Under the pieces are notes generated by a model. The model was not told the origin of the DNA. It did not search any database and worked only from the letters and a program-made list of their open reading frames with translations. From Octopus bimaculoides (lineage: Eukaryota): a stretch of 64,000 nt of DNA. Positions 1 to 11,000 of the stretch are shown one piece after another; the stretch's first letter is position 1; each line of letters begins with the position of its first letter. The position numbers and the translations under genes are program-made. The stretch is from NCBI RefSeq assembly GCF_001194135.2, contig NC_068999.1, forward strand, positions 54,934,960 through 54,998,959. Direction: 5' to 3'.

Positions 1-465
1 TGCCTGTTGTTAGATTTCAATTGACATGATTGTTTATTTTTAGAATAATATTGTAAAGTGTGAGAGGCTGGATCTTGCCAGTTTGAAGATAAAACAGTTA
101 GATTATTTTGGCCACACATGGCCGGTTTAAATACTAAAAGATTAAGAGAAACACAGCATGGGGTGATGGGAAAAAAGCAAAAGAAGAAAATAAGAGGTCA
201 AGTATAATTAGTAATGTTAGATTAAATTTGAGCTGTTATTGTTGTTTGTGTTGTTAGTGTTGTTTATTCAGTTGAAGCAGGAGTTATTTTTGTTTGTTAC
301 AGTGTCTGATTCACCTCGATATACTGTCTGTTCACGGTCCAAAAGCGCAGCCAATATTACACCAGATGCACGAATACCTGTCAACAAAAGTGACAAAAGT
401 AAGGATTGTGTTAACTTTATATGCATTAGCTTTGTTATCTACACACTGTCCATATATGTATATTA

Positions 466-493
466 TGTATCTGTGTGTGTGTGTGTGTATGTA

Positions 494-558
<65 letters not shown>

Positions 559-690
559 ATNNNNNNNNNNTATATATATATATATGTGTATGTATATGTA
601 TGTGTAGGTATGTGTATGTATATGTGTGTGTATGAATATATATATATAGACGTGTTTGTATATGTATGTATAGACGTGTTTATGTATATG
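466..690. repeat. (TG)n/(TA)n microsatellite with a 10-nt N gap
   Basis: direct reading; explains spurious ORFs 239-795. Confidence 0.95.
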
Positions 691-788
691 TTTGTATATA
701 CATGTCCATATTTACCTCTGATTATTATATTGAATATACACCAACTTTATTACATACAGGATCTCTTTATTAGAGTTGGGCGTATAAG

Positions 789-900
789 GCAGTGAGTTAG
801 CATGCTGGGTGAAATGCTTAGTGGCATTTCATCTTTTATGTTCTGAGTTCAAATTCTGCTGAGGTTAACTTTGTCTTTCATCCTTTCGGGGTTGACCTTG
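789..900 (+). mobile_element. tRNA-derived SINE family A (further copies, mostly - strand: ~945-1140, 1722-1838, 7125-7220, 14810-15012(+), 25590-25802, 31770-31960, 33450-35190 cluster, 44150-44290, 59395-59560)
   Basis: B-box-like GAGTTCAAATT plus a shared central segment GTCGACTTTGCCTTTCATCC...GGGGTCGATAAAATAAGTACCAG in many copies. The central segment recalls Meta-type SINE domains (from memory, unverified). Confidence 0.8.
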
Positions 901-1169
901 GTGGTATTTGAACTAACTCTGAACTTTAATGATCGTTTGAAATTTTGGCACAAGGCCAGTGATTTCAGGAGTTGGGTGTCGGTCTGTTACATCAACATCA
1001 GTACTTGACTGGTACTTATTTCGACGCCAGATGGATGAAAGACAGTCGACATTGGTAGAATTTGAACTTAGGATGTAAAGATGGATGAAATACCATTAAG
1101 CATTTTGTCCCATGTACTGAAGATTGTTCCTGCTCATTTCCTTAATAATAATAATAATAATAATAATAA

Positions 1170-1720
1170 ATGCCCTGATGCAGTACCAGGCAGTAGCTCT
1201 CATGGCTTCTGATTTAAACTGATTGGAAGTGTTATCATGTACATTGTTTGTCTTGGTATAAAAGATAGGCTACAGCAAATATTCTATTCAATACCACAGA
1301 TTTACTTGTCAGTTGTTTGACCATAACCATTTGAGCATGTCCGTTAGTGGCTGATGATATGTGCATCTCTGATCACGAGCAGAAGTAGTGGGGAGCATCA
1401 TAGCTATGTGTTGAGAGGAATTCTTTGTTGTTTGGATAATTCATCTCTGGAAACCTGGGTGTTTTGTTCATCATCCTTAATTCAGGGTTAGGGTTAGGGT
1501 TATTCAGGGACCTTTCGAGTGGGATGGGCCACTCGATCTGAAGGAAATTCTAACTGGGCCCCACCTGCAAGGTCTGCACTGTTTATCTTGATATGAGACC
1601 ACTATGTTGCCACATATGGTTGTGATGCATGTGCCTGGTGTACCCTTATCAGACAGATAGTCATGTTGGGTATACTGGGCTTCATATATTTTACCCCAGC
1701 GTCACTTTGATGGCATGCAC
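1170..1720. mobile_element. Unclassified ~550-bp non-coding interspersed element starting directly after a (TAA)n array
   Basis: complex, higher-GC sequence wedged between two SINE A copies; no ORF; single copy in the window, so repeat status is inferred. Confidence 0.5.
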
Positions 1721-1932
1721 TGATAGGATGAAAGGCAAAGTCGACCTTGGCAGAATTTGAACTCAGAATATTAAGATGGTTGAAATGCCACTAAGCATTT
1801 TGCCTGGCATGCTAATGCTTCTGCTAGCTCTCTGCCTTCAGCAATGATTATTAATAATAATAATAGTGATGATGATGATGATGATACCAGATGCCTTGGT
1901 TACTTTTCTTTCATTTTTGTCATCTTTTGCAG

Positions 1933-2051
1933 TGCCTTATGAGATAACTGAATCTGAGCTCTTGAAAGATCTAGTCTATGTGTTCCAAGGTATTGAAGGA
2001 AAATGGATCAAGTTTGACCCAGCTTCTAATGCTTACAGGATTGATCCTGAG
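1933..2051 (+). CDS. TUBGCP3: TUBGCP3 exon, first in window ([39 protein letters not shown])
   Basis: ttttgcag acceptor at 1932; GAG|gtaagt donor; GRIP1 domain start. Confidence 0.95.
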
Positions 2052-5000
2052 GTAAGTCACTATTTTTACATAGTCTCCTTAAGTGTATATTCTATGTTGT
2101 TACAAAGTCTCCCTAATTGCATAACCACAGTGATTGTCATTCTTCTTAATTATGATTAAAATTCTTAGGCAGTTAACCAAATTTGCATAAGATGTGATAA
2201 ATTATGAAATTTCACTATGTTGTCAGTATTAGAATATTGCGGCTGTATAATACCCATAATAGGTGCTGATATGGCTGTGTGGTTAAGAAGCTGATTTTTA
2301 ACCATGTGATTTCAGGTTCGGTCCCACTGTGCAGTACCTTGGGTGTCTTTTACTACAGCCCCAGGCCGACCTACATCTCATGAATGAATTTGGTAGTTGG
2401 AAACTATGTGTGTCTTTGTGTCTGTCCTCTCCACTGCTTGACAAATGGGCTGGTTTGTTTATCTCCCCATAACTTAGATGTTCAGCAAAAGAGACTGATA
2501 GAATAATTACCAGACTTAAAAGTACAGGAGTTGATGTAGCCATAGTCTAATGGCTGAAAGGAGTAAAAGAAATAAAGCAAGAATAAACGGTTTTTTTTTT
2601 TGTTTGTTTTTTTACTTTCAGCATAATTTGAATATACGTTATTATGTTCCACTGGGTCAATTTTTTAAAGTTGAAATCTGTCATTATGACAACATATGGA
2701 TTTATCCCCTGTGAGGTTTTTCAATTCCTTTTGATAATCGTGTATTAGCCAAGCTTAACCAGGTTCATACATCACAACAGTGACTTTTATACAGTTTTAA
2801 TTACTCAGTGATAACTGTTAAGGGTTTTGTTTGAAGATTAAAAGTTTAATTGAATCAATCATACATGCACACACACACATGCATGCACGCAAACACTCAC
2901 ACATGTATGTACATACACAAGCACACATATATGAGACAAGCTTCTGTACAGTTTTCCTTTTCTAGTCCCACTCATAAGGTTTTGGTCATTTCAAGGCTAC
3001 ACTAAAACACACTTGTCCGAAAATGTCACACAGTGAGATAGAACTCAAGACACTGCATATATGAAATATTTGTGTTTCTCTCCTTTAAATCTCCTTTCTA
3101 ACACCACCACTACTATCATTGTTTCTTATGTGTTACTATTCAAAATTTATTGCTCCTTGAACTTCTGTAGACCAACCAAAGCTGTGTGTAGTTTTCTTTC
3201 ACTGTTTTCTTCTTGGCAGATCGGAATAGGGAGAGCAGTGTGCCATCGAGTCAGTAAGTTGGCAGAGTGTGGCTGGCTTCACAACAAGATCAAAGAATAC
3301 GTGGAGTGTCACAGTCAACTAAAAGCTGTTGGTCTTGTTGAACAGGTAAGATAATTGTCTTTTTGAACTCTGTTTTTTATTTTTATTTCTTCTGGTCAGT
3401 CCTTTGCTTCATTACCTGTACTTTACTAGTTTTAGTTATTGGGTTGTGACCATTGCTGGGGCACTGCTTTTAAGCATATCAACCCTAATACTTTATTGAA
3501 GTATAGCTATCCTCATCCATGTGGTGAGAATGGATGAGGATAGCTGCGTGAAAAAGTGCCACACCCTAACAGTTGAGGGAACCCGTGGAAGAGGTAGGCC
3601 CAGGAAGACTTGGGCTGAGGTGGTGAGGCAAGACCTTCGTACATTGGGCCTCACCGAGGCGATGACTACTGACCGAGACCTTTGGAAATGTGCTGTGCGT
3701 GAGAAGACCCGGCAAGCCAAGTAAGATCGTTGCCAGTGCCCCTGGACTGGCTCTTGTGCGGGTGGCACATGAGATGCACCATTTTGAGTGTGNNNNNNNN
3801 NNNNNNNNNNNNNNNNNNNNNNNNNNNNNNNNNNNNNNNNNNNNNNNNNNNNNNNNNNNNNNNNNNNNNNNNNNNNNNNNNNNNNNNNNNNNNNNNNNNN
3901 NNNNNNNNNNNNNNNNNNNNNNNNNNNNNNNNNNNNNNNNNNNNNNNNNNNNNNNNNNNNNNNNNNNNNNNNNNNNNNNNNNNNNNNNNNNNNNNNNNNN
4001 NNNNNNNNNNNNNNNNNNNNNNNNNNNNNNNNNNNNNNNNNNNNNNNNNNNNNNNNNNNNNNNNNNNNNNNNNNNNNNNNNNNNNNNNNNNNNNNNNNNN
4101 NNNNNNNNNNNNNNNNNNNNNNNNNNNNNNNNNNNNNNNNNNNNNNNNNNNNNNNNNNNNNNNNNNNNNNNNNNNNNNNNNNNNNNNNNNNNNNNNNNNN
4201 NNNNNNNNNNNNNNNNNNNNNNNNNNNNNNNNNNNNNNNNNNNNNNNNNNNNNNNNNNNNNNNNNNNNNNNNNNNNNNNNNNNNNNNNNNNNNNNNNNNN
4301 NNNNNNNNNNNNNNNNNNNNNNNNNNNNNNNNNNNNNNNNNNNNNNNNNNNNNNNNNNNNNNNNNNNNNNNNNNNNNNNNNNNNNNNNNNNNNNNNNNNN
4401 NNNNNNNNNNNNNNNNNNNNNNNNNNNNNNNNNNNNNNNNNNNNNNNNNNNNNNNNNNNNNNNNNNNNNNNNNNNNNNNNNNNNNNNNNNNNNNNNNNNN
4501 NNNNNNNNNNNNNNNNNNNNNNNNNNNAATAAAAGAACTTGCAGAAGATGGTTTGCAAAATTCAGAAGTGGACATTTCAGCCTTGAAGTTGATCGAACAG
4601 GACGTCCAGTTGAGTTTGATGATAAGCTCTTTGAGGCATTATTTGAAGAAAATCCTGCATTATCAGTTGAAAAATTGGCAATAAAGCTTAGTTCAAACCA
4701 TACAACTGTTCATCATCATCTTCAACAACTTGGAAAACGGGTTCCTCATGAATTGTCCGAAAGCAACCGCAAATCCTGAGTTGGCATCTACTCTTCTCTC
4801 CATTCTTACGAACCCATTTCACCCATAACCCAATGCATCTGATGCTGCTACAGCTGTAACTGCAAACAAGGATTGGATGACCTCTCATCCATACCATTCA
4901 CCCTGTCTATGATGGCAGCTCCCTAACAATGTCACAGACGCAGTATCCAGGAGCTTGCAATCAGGAGAGTTGGGAAGCCATGTGGGGTTTGGGGGGGAGG

Positions 5001-8000
5001 AGTTGTTGGTCACATGTTCACAAGATTCTTCCAGGTTTTGTTAGAGCTGAACTACTCTCTCCTCGTCTTGTTGGAGTTATATTTGATGTCCTTGTGCGGT
5101 ATATGTCTGATAGTGGACTTCACTATCTTGAATTGCTCTGCAATGCCCTCAACAGCTTTCTGGATGTATTTGGCTGTGTCACTGCTGTAAATGTTTCTTT
5201 TTCTTGACCATCAATAACATGTCCTCATTAAACAGCCCTCTAGCTTTTGCTCAGCACTAGAACAATGAAAGATTTGACCACACTCAAGAAGCTGGCAATC
5301 TCCAAGTCATTGTGTTTGGCAGCTAGAGTCGCAAGCACAGTGTGCTTTATTATTTCTCCTATCATTCTGGAATCTACTATGTTAATGCTCTCCATACGTG
5401 AGACAGAAAATGAGTAAGTTTAAATTTGATTCATGCCATGTAATCTTACATGACATCTTCTATTTAGGTCTCCTAAAATTTGGTTGCAAATTCCTGGTGT
5501 GCCAAACTGCTTTCAAATTATGCCCTACTGTCTTCAAAATATGGTCACATTGTAAAATATAGTCCTTGATAGGCTTTGTCAGAGTAAAAGAGAAGAAATA
5601 CATTTTGATCATAATTCTCTTGGATCAGGACTGACTTGGAACAAACAACCACCAACAACACCTCCCACCTAATGATGTCCTTCAACTCCTAATTACTAGT
5701 AGAAAATTATTTCGTGAAATGGCAGTCAACAATATGGGTACCTAATCTACCCCTAACAACCACTGGGTTTAATTTATTATTCTATTTTCAAATGTTTTAC
5801 AACTTTAAAATAGTATTTTCTTTTTCTATTTCTTGCTAAAACTATTGAATTGTTTTTGTCATTTGTTGTAGAGTTTCTGTGCTGCTCTCCATCAAGAACT
5901 GACTGAATATTACAGACTAATGGCTGTCTTGGAGAGTCAGGTAACTTGTCTTTTATATGTAACTCTTTACCATTCAGATATCTCTGTCAAATGCAATGCT
6001 TATTTATTCACATTAATTTGAATTAATCATGCATTATATCATAGTTTTGAGATTTCAACGTTGTGACTATATTTTGAGAATGACATTGTAGGATAGGTGT
6101 AAGAGACCAATCTTGACAATTTGAACATAAAACAGGTAGAATATTTGGGCCACATATGGTCGATTTGAATGCTAAAGGGTTAACTCAGTTGTGAATTTAT
6201 TAGATTGCTGGTGTTCTTGCTGTTAATAATCTGTCATACAGGTTGAAAATTTAGTGGCAGCGTATTTGTCTAAATCAGTGGTTCTCAACTGGGGTCCATT
6301 TGACTCTTGGGGGTTCATATAAGATTTTGTTGTTAAAATTTATCTGCAATAAATTGGTTATACTTCTACAATACACAAAACATTTTGATAATTATTTTTA
6401 TGCAGTTCCTGATGATATTCAGTTATGAAAATATAAACATAGAATGCCTATGAGGGTCTGTCTGAGTAAAATAGAATCAAAGGAGTCCATAGGTAAAAAA
6501 TGGTTGAGAAGCACTGGTCTAGCACATTTCATGCTTGTTGTTATAGACCTACTTTTCCATGCTTGCATGGACTGGATGAACCTTATCATTTGTGCCATCA
6601 GTTTATTCCTTAGACAAACAGCAGCAGAGATAACTGCTTGACTTTTTGTTTTTATATGGATTTGTGGGTGTGGTTAAAAAGCTTGCTTCCCAACCACATG
6701 GTTCTGGGTTCAGTCCTACTGCATGGAACCTTAGGCAAGTGTCTTCTATAGCCCTGGCCAACCAAAGCCTTGTGAGTGGATTTGATAAACAGAAACTGGA
6801 AGAAACCCATTGTTGTGTGTGTGCATATATTTGTGTATGTAAGTGTGTGTTCATATATGTATCCAGTTTTCATTGGAGCATTGGGTTCAATACCTCTCAA
6901 ACTGAAGAAACATCTGGACACTTCAGAAATACCCCACAATCTTGGTGTATTGCAAAAATCAGCTTTATTTGGAACTGCATGCATACATCCTAAACTAGTC
7001 TGTCTGAGATCCTTGTCACTTGACAGACAACACAAATCCCTGGTACACACAAAATTGTCAGTCTACAACATCACAATATTGGATACTGTGTGACGTTTTC
7101 AGTAATGATGATGATAATCCTTTCTCTAAAGGCACAAGGCCTGAATTTTTAGGGCGGGGACTAGTCAATTACATCACTGGTACTTATTGACCCTGAAAGG
7201 ATGAAAGGCAAAATCGACCCTGCTTGGTGGGGGCGACATTGCCTGCTGGGTGGAGGCGATGTTGCCCACCAAGTAGGGGTGACGTTGCCCGCTGGGCAGG
7301 GGTGACATTGCCCAAGGGGTGACATTGCCCAAGGGTTGACATGATATTTTACTGAGAAAGTTTTTTATTCCAGCTGCACCAAGAAGAACAAGGCATTGTG
7401 GGAGAATATGGTCATCTTTCTTTATGTCGTATGGTTGTGTGGACAACTGACCCATTAATTCGTCTCAAGGCACTAGCTGCTCTGGTTGATGTTTGTAAAA
7501 GTAAGTAACAAATTTTGTATTTTTAATTGATTTATCTTAGTGGTTTATCCTCAAACATTGTGTATTCCCCTCTCCATGCATTGTGTCATTTATTTTTCAA
7601 ACTACACCATAATACAACACAGTCAAATTATGTTGTACCTCTGCAAAATATACACATTTCTCCCCTACTTCAGGTTTGATTGATTATCACTAGTAAAGAG
7701 GTAGTCCAGTTATGAAATGATGAGGTGTCAGCAGCAGTAAGTAAGGACATAAACAAGATAGATCTAAACTATTGTTCCAGCATGTAAAACCATCTTGCCC
7801 ATGCAACACATGGAAAAATGGTTGTGAATCTGATGAGTGAACAAATTTATTTTCTTGGGTTTTAGTAAATACCAGCAAACACTTCACAGTAAACATTTGA
7901 ATAAATTGCAGTAAATATTAGTGAATAAGTCACTGAAAACATTAGGATAACCAGTCACTAGAGATCTGTAATGGGTAGCAGGTGACAGCAGGGACTAATT

Positions 8001-11000
8001 AGTAGCAAGTCATTTGGCTGTGATGTAAGACTAATTAGCAGTAATTAAAATTTTAAAAAATTATTGACTCTGCATAAGTTAATTGATACCGTAATAAACA
8101 TGACTTTGCTGTCACTTCATATTGAAGACATTTCACTTTACTTAAATAGCTAATATCCTAGGGAATGATATGAATGTCACCACTTCACTACAATTTCTGT
8201 TTCAATGTAAGAAAGACTTTTTTTTTCAGTTTCAGACAGGGGCTGATGTCTGAACTAGTTAACCCTATAACTACATTGGAATCAAACTGTGCTGACATTG
8301 GACTGTGTGTCATCAATAGGTTGAAGGCAATGCAATGTTATGCAGTTATTTTATTTTTAACGTGAAGTGTCATCATTATTTGATGCTGTTTGGCATTGTC
8401 TCCAATGTTGTTTGGTATTGTCTCCAATGTTGTTTGGCATTGTCTCCAATGTTCTTTGACACTTTGTGTTCGGTGTTGTTTGATGCTGTCATTGAAACTG
8501 TTTTTTAATGCCTGGCTTTTTTGGAATGAGATTATTGGACATGGTTGTTTGGACACTGATGATTTGGCATTGACTGACTGGATATTCAACCTGTTTTGAT
8601 GACAATAGGTTTTGACACTGATGACAAACACACATGCATGCGTGTGCAGAAATACACACACACAAATAGCGAGAGAAGGAGACAAGTTATGATTAATTAA
8701 TTGAACTTGATTGACATAAACACTTTCCCTCTCCTCACACACATAAAAAATATGCTCATGCATTGAAGCCTAATTGGAGCCTGGTACAACCTTCTAGCTT
8801 GCCAGTCCTCAGTCAAACCGTGCAACCCACACCTGCATGGGTTAAACGATGATGATGATGCATGTAAACAAAGAGAGAAAGAGGCAAAAATTAAAACGTC
8901 TGATGTCAAACAGGTCCTTGTCAAGTCAGTGGTGCCAAAATATCTTTTACTCCCAGCTTTTGATGTTTGATGTCTTTTAAGAGACCAAAAATAGCAGTCA
9001 TTATTCAGTTTTTTTTCTTTGTTTCATTATTACTCCCAGATAAAAGAGGTGGTGCCTTGGCTTCCACAATATATTCCTGTATGCAACATGGCGATCCCTA
9101 CATCAAACAAATGCTCCAACATCTCCTCAATATGGTAACTCCTTTTTTATCTTTACTTATCTTATTTTTGTATGTTGTTGAGTCACATATCAACTTTAAG
9201 CAGATTCATGATCAAAGGCATGCAGGACTTCATTATCTGTGTTCTAAGATTAGGTTGAGATTTGGGAGAGATTTGCTTGCTATTTCTAGCAAGTTAAGCC
9301 ACCACTTGGAAAATTTTTGGAAATTGATTCCATTATTTGGTTTGATTTTCAAGTTGGAACTATTTATATTGATAATTTCATTGAGGGGAATCTCGTGCCA
9401 AAATGTGTGTGTGTGTGTCCCTGTGTTATTCCTGCCATTGACCTGCACAACCCTGTCATCAAGAAAATTCCAGCAGGCTCATGTTGCCCACTGCTTCTAG
9501 CTTTGTCACATCAATAAAAACATTGCTAATTGCTTGCCTTCTGGTGCCCCCCACCGTGATGGGGGCCGAGCTGTGAATGATGGGTCTCTCATTTCCTCAC
9601 TTACCCTCTCCATCCTTTTCACTTCAGCAGACCCTCAACTACCTCGTTATCATCATCACCATCCTTTAACATCCATTTCCATGCTGGCATGAGTTGGGCG
9701 GTTTGACCAGGGCTGGCAAGCTGCAGAGCTGTAGCAGCTTTCAGCCTGATTTGGCTTGGTTTCTATGGCTGGATGCCCTTCTTAATACCAACCTCTTCAC
9801 AGTGTGTATTTGGTGCTTTTTACATGGTGCTAGCACAAAGGCTTTTACATGGCACTGGCACTGGGCTCTTGCAGGCCAATCCTCTTTGTGGGTGGCCTTA
9901 ACACTTGTGTTGTAGAGGATGGGTCTTCTTGAGTATGGATATCTTGGTCCTTTGTCATCTCTGCCAAAAGGTTCAGTGACCTGAGGTCATCCTTCATGTA
10001 CTTATTGTTCCTCTTGTTGATTTCTTCCCCTCTCCCTTGCCTTTGTTTGTTCAGTTAAATGTATCACCAATGTTTACTTCATCACATTACAGTTATGGTC
10101 TTGAAGTTGTGCTCGTCATACTGACTATGTAGGACTTAACTATTTATTACTTTTCTTCTTTCTAGGTTGTCCATCCTATTTATGTGACGTTGCTGCGCTG
10201 GATTTATGATGGAGATTTAGAAAATGACCCCTTAGGAGAAGTAAGAATTCATTTTAATTTTGTTGCAATTGGTTTATTGGTTCTAGGGTGATTCATAAGC
10301 CCTCTTTAGCATTTTAAATGGGGTTTATCATATAACCCCTTAGCATTCAGTTTATTCTGTCAAATGTAATGCTTGTTTATTCACTTTGCTTTGAATTAAT
10401 CATGCATTATCTCCCAGCTGAGACTTTGTTTCCGTGATAGTGTATATTTAGAATCACATTGTAGGGAACATGTCAGAGGCCGAATCTGGACAGGTTGAGC
10501 ATAAAGCAGGCAGATTATTTGGGCCAGATATGGCCGGTTTTAATGTTAAAGGGTTAAATGTTAATGCGTGACTTCTAAGTCACTTGTTCCATCTTGTTTC
10601 ATTCATTAGGCTGTGACCATGCTAGGTCACCACCTTGAATTTCTAGTTAATGAATCAACCCGAGTAATTATCTTTCTTTTAAAGCCTGGTACTTATTCTA
10701 TCAGTCACTTTTGCCAAACCACTAAGTTATGGGGATGTAAACACACCAACAGTGGTGGGACACACATGCATGCATATATGACAGGTTTCTTTCAGTTTCC
10801 ATCTATCAAATCCACTTGCAAGGCTTTGTTCAGCCTTGGGTTATATTAGAAGACACTTGCCCAAGATGTCACGCAGTGGGACTGAACCTGGAACCATGTG
10901 GTTGGGAAGCAAACCACTTGCCACACAGCCCTTCCCACTGCCTAGAATATATATTTTTTAACACTTGGTTGATTGAGATGATGACAATGTCATCTTTGTG

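Noticed and set aside
239-795. Three overlapping 106-122 aa ORFs
   Set aside because: Translations of (TA)/(TG) microsatellite (YI/CV repeats) that span an N gap.
1866-1932. Poly-Met start of ORF 1866-2159 as the TUBGCP3 initiation site
   Set aside because: It is a (GAT)n microsatellite inside an intron. GCP3 similarity begins only after the acceptor at 1932, and roughly 240 N-terminal residues are expected upstream of the window.
3493-4779. 280-360 aa ORFs
   Set aside because: Artefacts of reading through a 735-nt N run; only the RTE and mariner flanks are real.
8384-8460. 22-bp direct repeats as a CRISPR array
   Set aside because: Units are contiguous with no unique spacers, there are no cas genes, and the context is a eukaryotic intron.
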